A DNA stretch of 41,998 nt. Origin: Bacteriovoracia bacterium (GTDB lineage Bacteria > Bdellovibrionota > Bacteriovoracia > Bacteriovoracales > Bacteriovoracaceae). The stretch covers positions 1 through 41,998 of the forward strand of contig JBKHVI010000021.1 in the NCBI GenBank assembly GCA_046570105.1, written 5' to 3'. The notes beneath the pieces are model-generated. The model saw only the letters and a list, made by a program, of their open reading frames with translations, was not told the origin of the DNA and did not search any database. A program made the position numbers and the translations under genes. This document shows positions 8,857-18,199 of this stretch, piece after piece (positions within the stretch are counted from its first letter, which is position 1; every line of letters begins with the position of its first letter).

Positions 8857-10998
8857 ATGAAGAAAGAGTTTTCGTATTACATCAAGGCGATGGATTGCAT
8901 CAATGAAGAGAATGATATCCGCAGTCTCGTGAAAGACTTCGAAGGAATCTATGGTTTGGATTTCCAGTTGAGTAAGCGAAGACTTGTCATTCAGATGGAT
9001 GAAGCAAGAGAAGTAGAATTCAAACAACGAATCGCTTCTAAGGGCTACATAGCGCAGCCTGTGATTGAAAAAACAGGTCTTACTAGATTCGCAGAAGAAA
9101 TCAAGTTGGGCATCAGTTTGGTATTGGCTTTCGCTGCGGAACTTTTGAGTATTATGGCTGATTTTGGGCCAAGTCAGAAATATGTTGTTGGCGCGATTGC
9201 TTTGATAGCAATCTTTTTATCAGGTTTCGGAGTCTATAAGAAAGGCTTTCTTGCACTCTTCAAGTTGAAGCTTAATATCAATGCCTTAATGACGATCGCT
9301 GTCACCGGAGCATTTGTTATTGGAGAATGGCCTGAAGCAGCGATGGTTTCAGCGTTATTTTCGATAGCAGAGTGGATAGAAAGCAAAGCGGTTGACCGGG
9401 CAAGAGGATCAATACGCAAACTCCTTTCTATCTTGCCGGAAGAATCCGAAGTGAAAATTGCCGGCATTTGGAAAAAGATGAGAACGGCAGATGTAGAGGT
9501 CTCAAGTGAGATTCGTGTTCGTCCTGGTGAGCGTATTCCACTTGATGGCTTAATAACCGAAGGGGCATCTGAAATCGATCAATCTCCAGTAACTGGGGAA
9601 AGTCGGGCAGTTGAAAGAAAGGTCGGCGACAGCATTTTTGCGGGCTCTATAAATCTGAGTGGGATGTTGGTTTTTGAGAATTCCACTGTGGCTACTAACA
9701 ATACGGTTTCGCGAATAATTGAACTTGTTGAGAACACCCAGTCGAAAAAAGCCCCCATTGAAAGATTCGTAGATCAATTTTCTAAACGTTATACACCGAT
9801 TGTCTTCTTTGTTTCTCTTGCAATCGTTTTTGTAGGGCCCTATGTGATGGGCTGGACATTTGAAGCTTCAATCTATAAAGCGCTTGTCCTACTCGTGATC
9901 GCCTGCCCCTGTGCTCTCGTGATTTCAACTCCCATTACGATTGTTAGCGCTTTGACAACGTCTGCCAAGATAGGTGTGTTGATGAAAGGGGGGCATGCTA
10001 TTGAACGTCTTCATCGCTTAAAAGCGATTGCCTTAGATAAGACTGGAACCATCACTTATGGGGCACCTTCTTTAGCAGATAATATATTAGTGGCAAAAGG
10101 CAACGATCAAAAAACTTCCAACGATTTAGCATTGGGTTTGTCGAAGCTTTCAGATCATCCTGTATCGAAGGCGATTGCAAAAGGGCTAGAAAGTTCAAGT
10201 GCAGGCGAGATAAAAGATTTTACAGCGATTGCAGGGCAAGGGGTAAGTGGAAGCTTTGAAGGTAAAAAGATTTATCTCGGAAACAAAAAACTTGGCGAAA
10301 GCTTAGGAGTAATGACTGAAGAGATAGCTAGAGAAATCTCTGGTTTGGAAAGCCGGGGGCGCTCAGTTTCTCTATTGATAGAAGAAAAAAAAGTCATCGC
10401 AATTTTTGGTGTAACAGACAAAATCAAAGAAGGGTCAAGCGAAGCTATAAAAATGCTTAAAGATATGGGAATTCATGTTTCCATGTTGTCCGGAGACAAC
10501 GCTAAAACGGCCAATCTGATTGGTCTGCAAGCAGGCATATCTGATGTAAGAGGTGAACTTTTACCAAAAGATAAACTTGTTCTCATTCAAGAATTACAAC
10601 AAAAATTCGGTCCTACAGGGATGACCGGTGATGGCATCAATGATGCACCAGCACTGGCCCAAGCAGATCTTGGTTTTGCGATGGGTAAGATGGGAACAGA
10701 TTCAGCAAAGGAAACAGCTGATGTTGTTATTATTGGTGACGACTTAAGGAAGATTCCGGAAACGATTCTCCTCGCTCACCGAACCCATTCAATCTTATGG
10801 CAAAACATTGTTTTTGCTATTGGGGTCAAGGCAGTGTTCCTCATACTTACATTTCTCGGACTCGCCAGTATGTGGATGGCCGTCTTCGCAGATGTAGGTG
10901 CGACGCTAATTGTCGTGTTTAACGGAATGAGGCTGCTCAGGTCTGATCAGGTAGGGCCCCTAGAAATGAGTGATAATTGTACGAAAGAATGCTGCTAG
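8857..10998 (+). CDS. cadA: P1B-type heavy-metal ATPase (Cd/Zn/Pb; CadA/ZntA)
   Basis: N-terminal MDCINEE, TGES, CPC, DKTGT, HP, GDGINDAP, MAVFAD. Confidence 0.92.
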   Translation: MKKEFSYYIKAMDCINEENDIRSLVKDFEGIYGLDFQLSKRRLVIQMDEAREVEFKQRIASKGYIAQPVIEKTGLTRFAEEIKLGISLVLAFAAELLSIMADFGPSQKYVVGAIALIAIFLSGFGVYKKGFLALFKLKLNINALMTIAVTGAFVIGEWPEAAMVSALFSIAEWIESKAVDRARGSIRKLLSILPEESEVKIAGIWKKMRTADVEVSSEIRVRPGERIPLDGLITEGASEIDQSPVTGESRAVERKVGDSIFAGSINLSGMLVFENSTVATNNTVSRIIELVENTQSKKAPIERFVDQFSKRYTPIVFFVSLAIVFVGPYVMGWTFEASIYKALVLLVIACPCALVISTPITIVSALTTSAKIGVLMKGGHAIERLHRLKAIALDKTGTITYGAPSLADNILVAKGNDQKTSNDLALGLSKLSDHPVSKAIAKGLESSSAGEIKDFTAIAGQGVSGSFEGKKIYLGNKKLGESLGVMTEEIAREISGLESRGRSVSLLIEEKKVIAIFGVTDKIKEGSSEAIKMLKDMGIHVSMLSGDNAKTANLIGLQAGISDVRGELLPKDKLVLIQELQQKFGPTGMTGDGINDAPALAQADLGFAMGKMGTDSAKETADVVIIGDDLRKIPETILLAHRTHSILWQNIVFAIGVKAVFLILTFLGLASMWMAVFADVGATLIVVFNGMRLLRSDQVGPLEMSDNCTKECC

Positions 10999-11005
10999 AA
11001 ATGTT

Positions 11006-11028
11006 GGAGCGGTTTTTGTTACCGCTCC
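11006..11028. terminator. Hairpin after cadA
   Basis: GGAGCGGT / ACCGCTCC stem; no clear T tail on the + strand. Confidence 0.45.
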
Positions 11029-11322
11029 CCGGTTGTAACTAATTTCTAACGGTAATCCAAGTCTGAGAGATGCCAACAGAGCGCACCAATCTGTTGAAAA
11101 TCTTTCCATTGTCCGGATGCATGCGGATACAGCCGTGAGATGCTTTTAAACCTAACTTTGGCCAATTTCCGCGACTAGAGAAACTGTTTGTATGTATTAG
11201 ATATATCGCATGAAGTGTGGTTGGTCACGGGGATGTTTTTGCGCAGCGAAGCAAGACAGGATTTATAAGTTGCTCGTGTCTTAAGATGATGAGAGTTTGC
11301 GAGATCAAATAGGAGTGTTGCC

Positions 11323-12555
11323 ATGAAATTTTTCTTAAGCTTCGTGCTTGTTTTACTTCCTGCGTTTGTTATGGCGGCAGGAAGTGATGTTTCTGAAGAT
11401 GTGATCTACGAAGATTTTAAAAATCAAATTCTGAGCAGCACTCAGAAATTGTATTCACCAGGACTCACTTCGTCGGAACAAAAGCTTTACGTCGATGCTT
11501 TGTGGGATTTATGGGACGAGGGGAATCAGCAACAAGCGTTGCTGGTGGTGTCTAACCTAGACTCACCTCTACAGTTGTCAGTTGTTGAGCGACTTCGACT
11601 TGGGATCTTGAAGATCAAATCCGGAGCGGAGGTCAGTTTAGACTTAGCCCTAATCGCGGAAATTGAAAGTGCCCTACGTTTGCCTGAGGTTGATAAGCGA
11701 TTGGTTTATATAATTGCCTCTCATGAAGAACTGCTCATTCGTGCTCAAGCCCTAAGTGTCGTGGATCTTGCCAGTAGGCATGAGTCTTATGCAGATATTA
11801 GAGAATCAGGTGAAAGTGAAGGGGAGGTTCTTGCTGAAGTCGTGACGGACCTTTTTTTTAACACCCCAGACACAACCACTTACATGGGTGGCGAATACAT
11901 AAACAGTGTTAAGATTTTCATGTTCTGTCGTGTGAACAGGCTTTATCCGTGTCTCATGATTATGAGAGATTCCAATGGGGACGACGTAAGAAAAGCTGAC
12001 GGTAAACTTTGGTCACAACCCGCTTTAGCTTCAGCCCGTTCTGGTTTTCCTAGCTACCAACGAAATGGAAACACACCTGCAGGAATTTTCACAATTGATT
12101 CTGTGATGCCAACAGCTGACCAGCAGCTGTCCTATGGTAAGTTCAGAAGGATGATTCTTAATTTTATTCCGAAATCCACAGATGAAGTTTTGATTAAGTC
12201 TTTGTTACCTAAGAGCTCTCACGACAATGAGTGGTGGAAACCTACGGTGGTTGCTCGAGATGTAGGCCGTAACCTATTCCGAATTCATGGCTCCGGCAGA
12301 ACGAATACTGAGCCCAACGCTCCTTATTTTCCACTGAATCGTACAAATGGATGCATTGCCCAGAGGGAAAATACCTATGATGGAGTGACCTACCAAGATC
12401 AGCGCAATCTTTTGGATATGATAATGAAGAGCTTAGGCATGACTCCAGCCTTCGCGAATGAGCCAAAAATCAAGGGCATCCTTTATATCGTCGAGCTTGG
12501 CGACAAAAGTTCACCGGTACAGCTAGATGATCTTTTGCCTTACGGCATTAAGTAG
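11323..12555 (+). CDS. Secreted protein with C-terminal L,D-transpeptidase (YkuD)-like domain
   Basis: Signal peptide; GNTPAGIF...FRIHGSG...RTNGCI resembles the HG...(S/T)xGC catalytic motif. Confidence 0.65.
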   Translation: MKFFLSFVLVLLPAFVMAAGSDVSEDVIYEDFKNQILSSTQKLYSPGLTSSEQKLYVDALWDLWDEGNQQQALLVVSNLDSPLQLSVVERLRLGILKIKSGAEVSLDLALIAEIESALRLPEVDKRLVYIIASHEELLIRAQALSVVDLASRHESYADIRESGESEGEVLAEVVTDLFFNTPDTTTYMGGEYINSVKIFMFCRVNRLYPCLMIMRDSNGDDVRKADGKLWSQPALASARSGFPSYQRNGNTPAGIFTIDSVMPTADQQLSYGKFRRMILNFIPKSTDEVLIKSLLPKSSHDNEWWKPTVVARDVGRNLFRIHGSGRTNTEPNAPYFPLNRTNGCIAQRENTYDGVTYQDQRNLLDMIMKSLGMTPAFANEPKIKGILYIVELGDKSSPVQLDDLLPYGIK

Positions 12556-12650
12556 TCCTGGGCTGTAAAATTTTCAAGTGCCCAATTTCAAGATGATTAA
12601 GGGCACTTGTTCATTTAGAAAATACTCTAAATTTATAAGAGGATGTTTTG

Positions 12651-13385
12651 ATGAAGTTAGTAACTCTTGCTCTTTTCACGATCTTGTCTTCTTCGGCATT
12701 TGCACAAGATATCTATCTGGACGATTACAACTACACCGTACCTGACATTGCTCGTTTGGGCCTAACTAAAGAACGTATCTTCACAGGTATGGAGAGGAAG
12801 TTCATCAAGCTAGGGAGTTCCATCTGCTCTAACCGCGCGTTGATTTGGGCTCATAATATGAAGAGAGAACAGGGGGTAGATAGTGCCAAGATGTTCCTTT
12901 TTTACTCTGAAAAGACTGGCGAAGCCGGTGACAAAGTGTGGTGGTACCACGTAACCCCACTTGTAAACGAAAACGGAACTCTTTGGGCTTTAGACGCAGG
13001 CTTCCCTAGCTTCGTAAGAAAGCCTCTTCTTCCACAAGAGTGGCTTCAGAAATTTGCAGGAAGTACAAATTGCAAAGAACTAAAGAAGGGCGATGACGAC
13101 TTAATCGAAAAAATGTTTACGAAACGTCGCTTTCCAAGCACGACTCGTCATGGAACCTATGACTGTTATTATCGCATTACATCTGCACCTTACTGGACAC
13201 CGTCTACCGTTGCGCAAAACTTACTTGGGGTGAATCGTGATGGTCAGACAGGGAGCTATGATCGCTCCGAGATTAAAGATAGCGAGTTGATGCAATCGTG
13301 TACCGAGGCTTCGACTTCGACTGTTGGCGGGATTTTCTCTAATGCTAAGAAGAAGTGCAGTGAGTATCTTGGGATTAACTACTAG
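12651..13385 (+). CDS. Secreted protein-glutamine glutaminase family protein
   Basis: Signal peptide; CSNRA...WWYHVTPLV...LD Cys-His-Asp pattern. Confidence 0.65.
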   Translation: MKLVTLALFTILSSSAFAQDIYLDDYNYTVPDIARLGLTKERIFTGMERKFIKLGSSICSNRALIWAHNMKREQGVDSAKMFLFYSEKTGEAGDKVWWYHVTPLVNENGTLWALDAGFPSFVRKPLLPQEWLQKFAGSTNCKELKKGDDDLIEKMFTKRRFPSTTRHGTYDCYYRITSAPYWTPSTVAQNLLGVNRDGQTGSYDRSEIKDSELMQSCTEASTSTVGGIFSNAKKKCSEYLGINY

Positions 13386-13395
13386 TTCAATTTTT

Positions 13396-13423
13396 CCAGG
13401 GAAAGTGATTCTACTTTCCCTGG
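13396..13423. terminator. Hairpin/terminator between convergent genes
   Basis: CCAGGGAAAGT / ACTTTCCCTGG. Confidence 0.6.
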
Positions 13424-13430
13424 CCAGATT

Positions 13431-13512
13431 TTAACCGCAACCACCTTTACTAGAGCCTTTACCCAAGATGATAAACGTTCCAGACTGTCCGCTGGATAAT
13501 ATCGGGAACCTA
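13431..13512 (-). pseudogene. Internally deleted copy of the Gly-tailed ORF remnant at 32377-32637
   Basis: Encodes SGQSGTFIILGKGSSKGGCG* versus SGQSGTFIILGEGSGTGGGG*; about 180 bp missing at a junction near 13495. Confidence 0.7.
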
Positions 13513-13596
13513 ATTTCAATCATTTCTTATTTAAATCCAAACTGTCCCCTCTGACTTTTTAATCAAATCGACAATGTATAACGAAAATTCGTCAGC

Positions 13597-13765
13597 ATGT
13601 CTGATCAAGGGGATTATATGGCTTACAGAAAATTTGATATCTCTGTTAAATAGAAAATTGCTGAATCTAAGAATTTAAATTTACTTCCTGAATTTAAAAT
13701 ACCCCGGACTACTGCTCAAGATTGGATATCCGAGAGTAAAGAGATTGCAGCATCATCAAATCAGT
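13597..13765 (+). pseudogene. 5' remnant of the DDE transposase at 32719-33969
   Basis: Colinear nucleotide similarity to 32719-32887; in-frame TAG at 13651; similarity ends at 13765. Confidence 0.85.
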
Positions 13766-14192
13766 TTACGGGTTTTGATGTTAGTTTACGGTTCCCTGTG
13801 TATTTAACAAAGGAAAAGGTAATTGTTAAAACCTCATACACTGAATTTGTATTTAATCAAGATGTCGATGATAAAGTGGGCGATTCCCTCTGTTGTCGGA
13901 AAATCACAATCTGAATTGTTCTGAGTTAAGCTGTTGGTATAATCTCTTTCGACCTTGTAAATTCTGCAGAAGTCTTCATACCCAGACTCGAGTGCGGATT
14001 GTAGTTATTATAGCGGTCGTGCCAGTAGTTGATCTTGTTAAGTTAATTCATTCTGCCAGGGTAGTATCAGACGAGTACCTAGGGGCTATCGATAAGAAGA
14101 TAGTAGAAGTTTTGAAGAGAGGTTCTCAGAAAATACTAACTACGATGGCAGATATGAAAAAAAATTGCAGCAGAAAAAGACTAAGAAAATAG

Positions 14193-14582
14193 CGTAACAT
14201 TGAGCGATTTCCTGAGGATTTTGCCTTCCAGCTTACGGGTGATGAATGGGAATCTTTGAGGTCGCAAATTGCGACCTCAAACGAAGGCCGCGGTGGCAGA
14301 CGCTATTTCCCCTACGTTTTTACGGAAAATGGGGTGGCCATGCTTTCGAGCGTCCTCAAAAGCGACCAGGCCGTTCAGGTCAATATTGCCATCATGCGCA
14401 TTTTTACCAAGCTTCGAAGCTACCTGCTTTTGGAGCAAGAATTAAGGCGTGAAATGGTTGATCTGAAAAACGGACAAAACCAACTCTTTCGGGTGGTTTT
14501 TGAACGGCTGGACGGCATCGAAGAATCCCTTGAACCCCGCCTTCCTAAGAATCGCAAACGCATCGGTTTAAAGTCTCGCTAG
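14193..14582 (+). pseudogene. 5'-truncated ORF6N-domain DNA-binding protein
   Basis: RNIERFPEDFAFQLT..EWESLRSQIATS..GRGGRRY.PYVFTENGVAMLSSVL.S..AVQVNI.IMR.F...RKRIG; an in-frame TAG at 14190-14192 precedes it and the usual N-terminus is missing. Confidence 0.8.
14255..14281. repeat. Perfect 27-bp palindrome TTTGAGGTCGCAA-A-TTGCGACCTCAAA within ORF6N
   Basis: 13-1-13 inverted repeat; related copies at 33983, 34797 and 36580. Confidence 0.9.
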
Positions 14583-14666
14583 TTCTTTTTGATGAGCGAG
14601 GGTCTAACCCTCGCCATCCTTGATCTTGTCTCCCAATTGATTGACCAACTCAGAACCCACCGCATT

Positions 14667-14684
14667 TTGGCTATTTTTTGGCTA
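14667..14684. repeat. TTGGCTA x2; putative right-arm sites of island A
   Basis: Same heptamer as the left end, about 40 bp before GTAACCTCCA. Confidence 0.6.
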
Positions 14685-14732
14685 GAATATGGTGTAACCT
14701 ATGAATAAATCTGGAGGCGATAGTAACCTCCA

Positions 14733-14776
14733 AATAAAATAACAAAGCCACCTACGGGTGGCTTTGTTATTTTATT
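14733..14776. terminator. Perfect 20-bp stem, probably bidirectional terminator, with cUACGg tetraloop
   Basis: AATAAAATAACAAAGCCACC-TACG-GGTGGCTTTGTTATTTTATT directly after ACCTCCA. Confidence 0.85.
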
Positions 14777-14888
14777 CGATGTCATGAGTGGAAATGATTT
14801 CGCCGGAGGCGGTTATGAACAGGATGTTCGGTATGCAGGCGAAGGCCTGGATGGCCGTGAGTCTGCGCAAATCCGCCCGTCACCTCCA
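14777..14888 (+). repeat. tRNA-linked structured repeat ending in tRNA 3' copy (att copy 2, 14868-14888)
   Basis: Hairpins CGCC-GGA-GGCG, GAAC-AGGAT-GTTC and GGCC-TGGAT-GGCC, then CAAATCCGCCCGTCACCTCCA identical to 753-773. Confidence 0.65.
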
Positions 14889-14898
14889 AATAATCTTC

Positions 14899-14935
14899 AG
14901 GGTTCTGGGTAGTATTAACGACTCAGAACCCTTTT
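14899..14935 (+). terminator. Terminator after att copy 2 (variant of 784-821)
   Basis: AGGGTTCTGGGT / ACTCAGAACCCT plus T tract. Confidence 0.75.
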
Positions 14936-15023
14936 GATTTTTAAACCGCACACTTAGGTTTCCAGTAGATGAGAGATACCTCTCATCAGCAACCTGTCGT
15001 GAGTTGTCGCAGACTTTCTACCG

Positions 15024-15083
15024 TTGGCTATTTTTGGCTACACTTTTGGCTATCTGAAAAGTTGGTCGAGTGAGTGTAGCCAA
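15024..15083. repeat. TTGGCTA x3 direct (15024, 15034, 15046) plus one inverted (15077-15083)
   Basis: Same 10/12-bp spacing as 909-969. Confidence 0.65.
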
Positions 15084-15155
15084 AATCGGTTTTACAGTTG
15101 TTTAACCAATCAATTTTCTGGAGCTTTTCATGTTTTACAATTCCTGGGAGGAAGA

Positions 15156-15521
15156 ATGAAAAAACGAAGAGCGGATTACGTACTAGAGACATCAGAAACA
15201 AAGGCCCTGAGAGCAATGAGGGAATACAGAGGAATCTCTGTACGAGAATTAGGAGATCTTCTGAAGAAATCCCATACCTCAATCCACAGTCTTGAAAACG
15301 GTAAAGCCAATGTTGAAGCTAGTTACGTAGATGCTTTTTTGGCAGCTTTGAATTTTACAAGAAGAGACTGGGAAACCTTTAAGAAGGCAGGCGAGAAGAT
15401 TGATGAACTAAGGCATGACTGCCTAAGACTTCTTTATGAGGCTCATCCAGAACGGATAAGCGCTATCCATACGTTCATTAAATCAAACTATAAGCTTTTA
15501 ATTATTTGGCTTGTAGTGTGA
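15156..15521 (+). CDS. XRE/Cro-C1 family HTH regulator
   Basis: ALRAMREYRGISVRELGDLLKKSHTSIHSLENGK; GGAGG RBS supports ATG 15156 rather than the track start at 15024. Confidence 0.85.
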   Translation: MKKRRADYVLETSETKALRAMREYRGISVRELGDLLKKSHTSIHSLENGKANVEASYVDAFLAALNFTRRDWETFKKAGEKIDELRHDCLRLLYEAHPERISAIHTFIKSNYKLLIIWLVV

Positions 15522-15725
15522 ATGGGAGAAAGTCAACATCAACACAATCCTGCCGGACATTGCATGCTTCTTCACTCGTTGTTCTTTGAGAATAATCTCT
15601 CGACAAAGTTAGTTAAAAAACTTGCTGAAGAGCTAAGATTTTCTCACGTTCGTGTAGATTAAAAGCGCTCTATGAATACTTTTGGAATTTGAGGGGTTGA
15701 TTTGTAGCCTGTAATCTAGTGAAAA

Positions 15726-16403
15726 TCAACGCAACAAGTACTGCACAAACCAAAGGCTTGCAAAAATCACAGGCTGATGAATGAGGTAGATTTTGAGTGA
15801 ATGCAGTCCTAGCCATTTCAAGAAGGGAGAACTCCGAAACTCTCGCAATTCTCTTCGATCCGCAAGGTAGGGAGCGATGACAATTCCGAGTAGAATGACC
15901 CAGAACCACGGATAGATCGGAATGAAGTCCATGGAGTATTGCTTAGTAATGTTGGCAGAAACCCATTCAATATCGAAACCCAAGATGTACTGAGCAATCA
16001 TGATCAAGACCATTAAAGCGATGGCAATCTTTCGATGATAAACAAACCATAGGCCCAGGACTGACCCGACAAATATGCAGTGGAGGGTGCCAAAATAAAT
16101 CCATGCATTCGGAAAGGCAACGTAAGTCGCCGCACTAATAACCAGTGAAGCAATAAAGAGCTTAGCGGACCTGGTGAGGAAAGACTTTTTCTTAAACTGG
16201 GCGATGTGGCCGTAGTGAAGGGAAAGACCTACACAGAGGAGAAACGTAAATGCGATAACTCTCGGAAAGCCATACCAAAAGCCAGATCTGAAATCCCATG
16301 TGATGAAGCCGAAGTTCTTTAGATCGTAGCAGAAATGAAAAATGACCATCCAGATGACGGCCATTCCCCGTAGTGCATCTAAAAAACCCAGACGATTCTG
16401 CAC
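15726..16403 (-). CDS. DUF1624/HGSNAT-domain membrane protein (putative acyltransferase)
   Basis: LDALRGMAVIWMVIFHFCYDL...FGTLHCI...DFIPIYPW...GLHSLKIYLIHQP. Confidence 0.8.
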   Translation of the reverse strand: MQNRLGFLDALRGMAVIWMVIFHFCYDLKNFGFITWDFRSGFWYGFPRVIAFTFLLCVGLSLHYGHIAQFKKKSFLTRSAKLFIASLVISAATYVAFPNAWIYFGTLHCIFVGSVLGLWFVYHRKIAIALMVLIMIAQYILGFDIEWVSANITKQYSMDFIPIYPWFWVILLGIVIAPYLADRRELREFRSSPFLKWLGLHSLKIYLIHQPVIFASLWFVQYLLR

Positions 16404-16419
16404 AGTGTTGGTGATTGAT

Positions 16420-16770
16420 TTAGCGTGATAACTTAATCATGTAGCCTTCCTGGAAAGGCACGCCGAGTTTGGTTTCAAATTCCGCATAATGATCGTTCAT
16501 CATTCTGACGATTGTTGCTTCACCAGACTTAACCATTTTGCAATTGACTCCTGCGCTTTCCTTGGACTTTACTCCATCAGTGCACTTGGTTTCAAATAGA
16601 GTAAGACTGTCGCCGATTTTTGGGCTATCGCCAAACAGACAGGCGACACCCTTTGAGTCATTAATTTTCATTGCGACAGAACCGGCCATATTGGAGTGTG
16701 GGCTCGTCGAGCAACCTATTGCAAAGAACGTAAGTAACGCCAAAGCTAAAATTTTTCTTACAGGGAACAT
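16420..16770 (-). CDS. Small lipoprotein, hypothetical
   Basis: Lipobox FAIG-C; GAGG RBS. Confidence 0.7.
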   Translation of the reverse strand: MFPVRKILALALLTFFAIGCSTSPHSNMAGSVAMKINDSKGVACLFGDSPKIGDSLTLFETKCTDGVKSKESAGVNCKMVKSGEATIVRMMNDHYAEFETKLGVPFQEGYMIKLSR

Positions 16771-16817
16771 ATTAAACCTCGCGGGATGATCGGTTGAGTT
16801 ACACAGAAATGATTTTT

Positions 16818-17336
16818 TTACGTTTCCTTAGGCACCTCGCTCCCGCACTCAAGCATCTCTTGAGCGAAGACATTTTTTACGTCTCGGCTTTGAGTGATGT
16901 TCTGGACCCAATACTTTTTGACCATAGGGCAATAGAAGACAGCGTGAGTCTTCGAGACATTACTCTTCTTAACAACCTCTGCGAAATTTTTCATGAACTC
17001 GTGATAGAGCAGCAGGTTTTGATCTTTAGAAAGCTTGTTTTTGATTTTAGTTAAATTGCCTGCCGCGGCGAGGAGACCTTTCACGTCTTGAGACTTTGCC
17101 TTGGCAATGGCCTGATGGAGTTCGCTGGCACGTTTCTCGAGGGCCTGTGGTGAGGCTTGCAGAAACTCACTGAAAAGAGTGTCGTTCTTTTCGAGTACCA
17201 CATTGAGCTCGGGTGAACTTGCAGCACTTGCGGCTTGGCCGTGGCCTGCGTGATGGTGCGTGTGCTGTGAAAAGGCGTTTAGGGAAAGCAGAGAAAAGAT
17301 GGCGCTAATGATGAGATTTTTTTTCATGGGACTCAC
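16818..17336 (-). CDS. DUF3347-like periplasmic metal-binding protein
   Basis: Signal peptide, HTHHHAGH, FYCPMVKKYWVQ...KNVF..EMLECG. Confidence 0.65.
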   Translation of the reverse strand: MSPMKKNLIISAIFSLLSLNAFSQHTHHHAGHGQAASAASSPELNVVLEKNDTLFSEFLQASPQALEKRASELHQAIAKAKSQDVKGLLAAAGNLTKIKNKLSKDQNLLLYHEFMKNFAEVVKKSNVSKTHAVFYCPMVKKYWVQNITQSRDVKNVFAQEMLECGSEVPKET

Positions 17337-17806
17337 TCCTTGGCATCGAGCCGTTTGATGGATTCGGTAATCCAGTTTTGGATTATAACGTGTTCTTTTT
17401 TAGTGATCTTGGCATCTGTGTGCGCCAGTCGGAAGTACCATGGCGGCATTTCATTAATCTCAAGGACTCGTTTGATCTCCTGAAGATCTTTTTTGGGCGA
17501 GCCGTGTCCCTTGAATGGATATCCCTGAGACAGGTCTAGGTGTGTTTTGGATTCCTTCATGTGTCCGTTCATGATTGACCTCACTCCTGGTACCTCGTAG
17601 TACCAAGGCAGCTTGTTCGTCGTACCGTGGCAGTGAATGCAGCTGCGTGAAAAAATGGGCTTAACTTTTAGGTCGTAATCCATGGCAATCTTCTTTGTGA
17701 CGCCTAAAGGCACAGACTCTTCTTTCACCGCTGCCTTATGGTTCATGCCTTTGTGCGCATACGCCGGTGCCGTGAGAAGTAGGAATATGGCGTATAGTAA
17801 TGTCAT
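17333..17806 (-). CDS. Heme-binding domain (Haem_bd-like) monoheme cytochrome c
   Basis: Signal peptide, IFSRSCIHCH, PWY, EMPP..F..AH.DAK. Confidence 0.8.
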   Translation of the reverse strand: MTLLYAIFLLLTAPAYAHKGMNHKAAVKEESVPLGVTKKIAMDYDLKVKPIFSRSCIHCHGTTNKLPWYYEVPGVRSIMNGHMKESKTHLDLSQGYPFKGHGSPKKDLQEIKRVLEINEMPPWYFRLAHTDAKITKKEHVIIQNWITESIKRLDAKE

Positions 17807-17809
17807 CGT

Positions 17810-18199
17810 TCAGCTCAAAAGATATGGCAGCGCAAACGCATAGAATGAACCGACGATGTTGATACCGAGAGAAATCCAAAAAAGAGGCTTGGCCCAACCC
17901 TTCGTTGTTTGGCAGTCATCTTTCTTATCAATCGGGCACGTCTGGCTTTCGGAATACTTTTGAGCGGCGTACGAAATTCCGAGCATGATGAAGCTCAGTG
18001 CAAACACGTACCCTTTATTTTCTGATAACCAGATGAGCTGCGGGAAAGTGCCGAGGAATGAAGCGAAGGTCGCCCCGAAACCTAATAACACCAATGTCGA
18101 CGGGATCGCACAGCACAGGAGAGTACCAAAAGAAGTGAACAGTCCAAGCCAGGCGGAAAATCTCCGGAGTACGTTATTTTCTTTCAATGCTTGCAACAT
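17810..18199 (-). CDS. MerT/MerC-like metal transport membrane protein
   Basis: TLLCCAIP in the first TM helix, Cys pair in a loop (TCPIDKKDDC). Confidence 0.7.
   Translation of the reverse strand: MLQALKENNVLRRFSAWLGLFTSFGTLLCCAIPSTLVLLGFGATFASFLGTFPQLIWLSENKGYVFALSFIMLGISYAAQKYSESQTCPIDKKDDCQTTKGWAKPLFWISLGINIVGSFYAFALPYLLS

Larger units (their letters stand above)
774..14732. mobile_element. Genomic island A (Zn/Cd/Co resistance), no integrase gene
   Basis: Bounded by the tRNA 3' copy at 761-773 and degenerate GTAACCTCCA at 14723-14732; TTGGCTA repeats near both ends. Confidence 0.7.

Noticed and set aside
12575..12609. Inverted repeat CAAGTGCCC-N17-GGGCACTTG
   Set aside because: Single occurrence; cannot distinguish operator from weak terminator.
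13766..14192. ORF 13893-14192 as the N-terminus of ORF6N via stop readthrough
   Set aside because: It is in frame but shows no resemblance to the ORF6N N-terminus; more likely unrelated debris.
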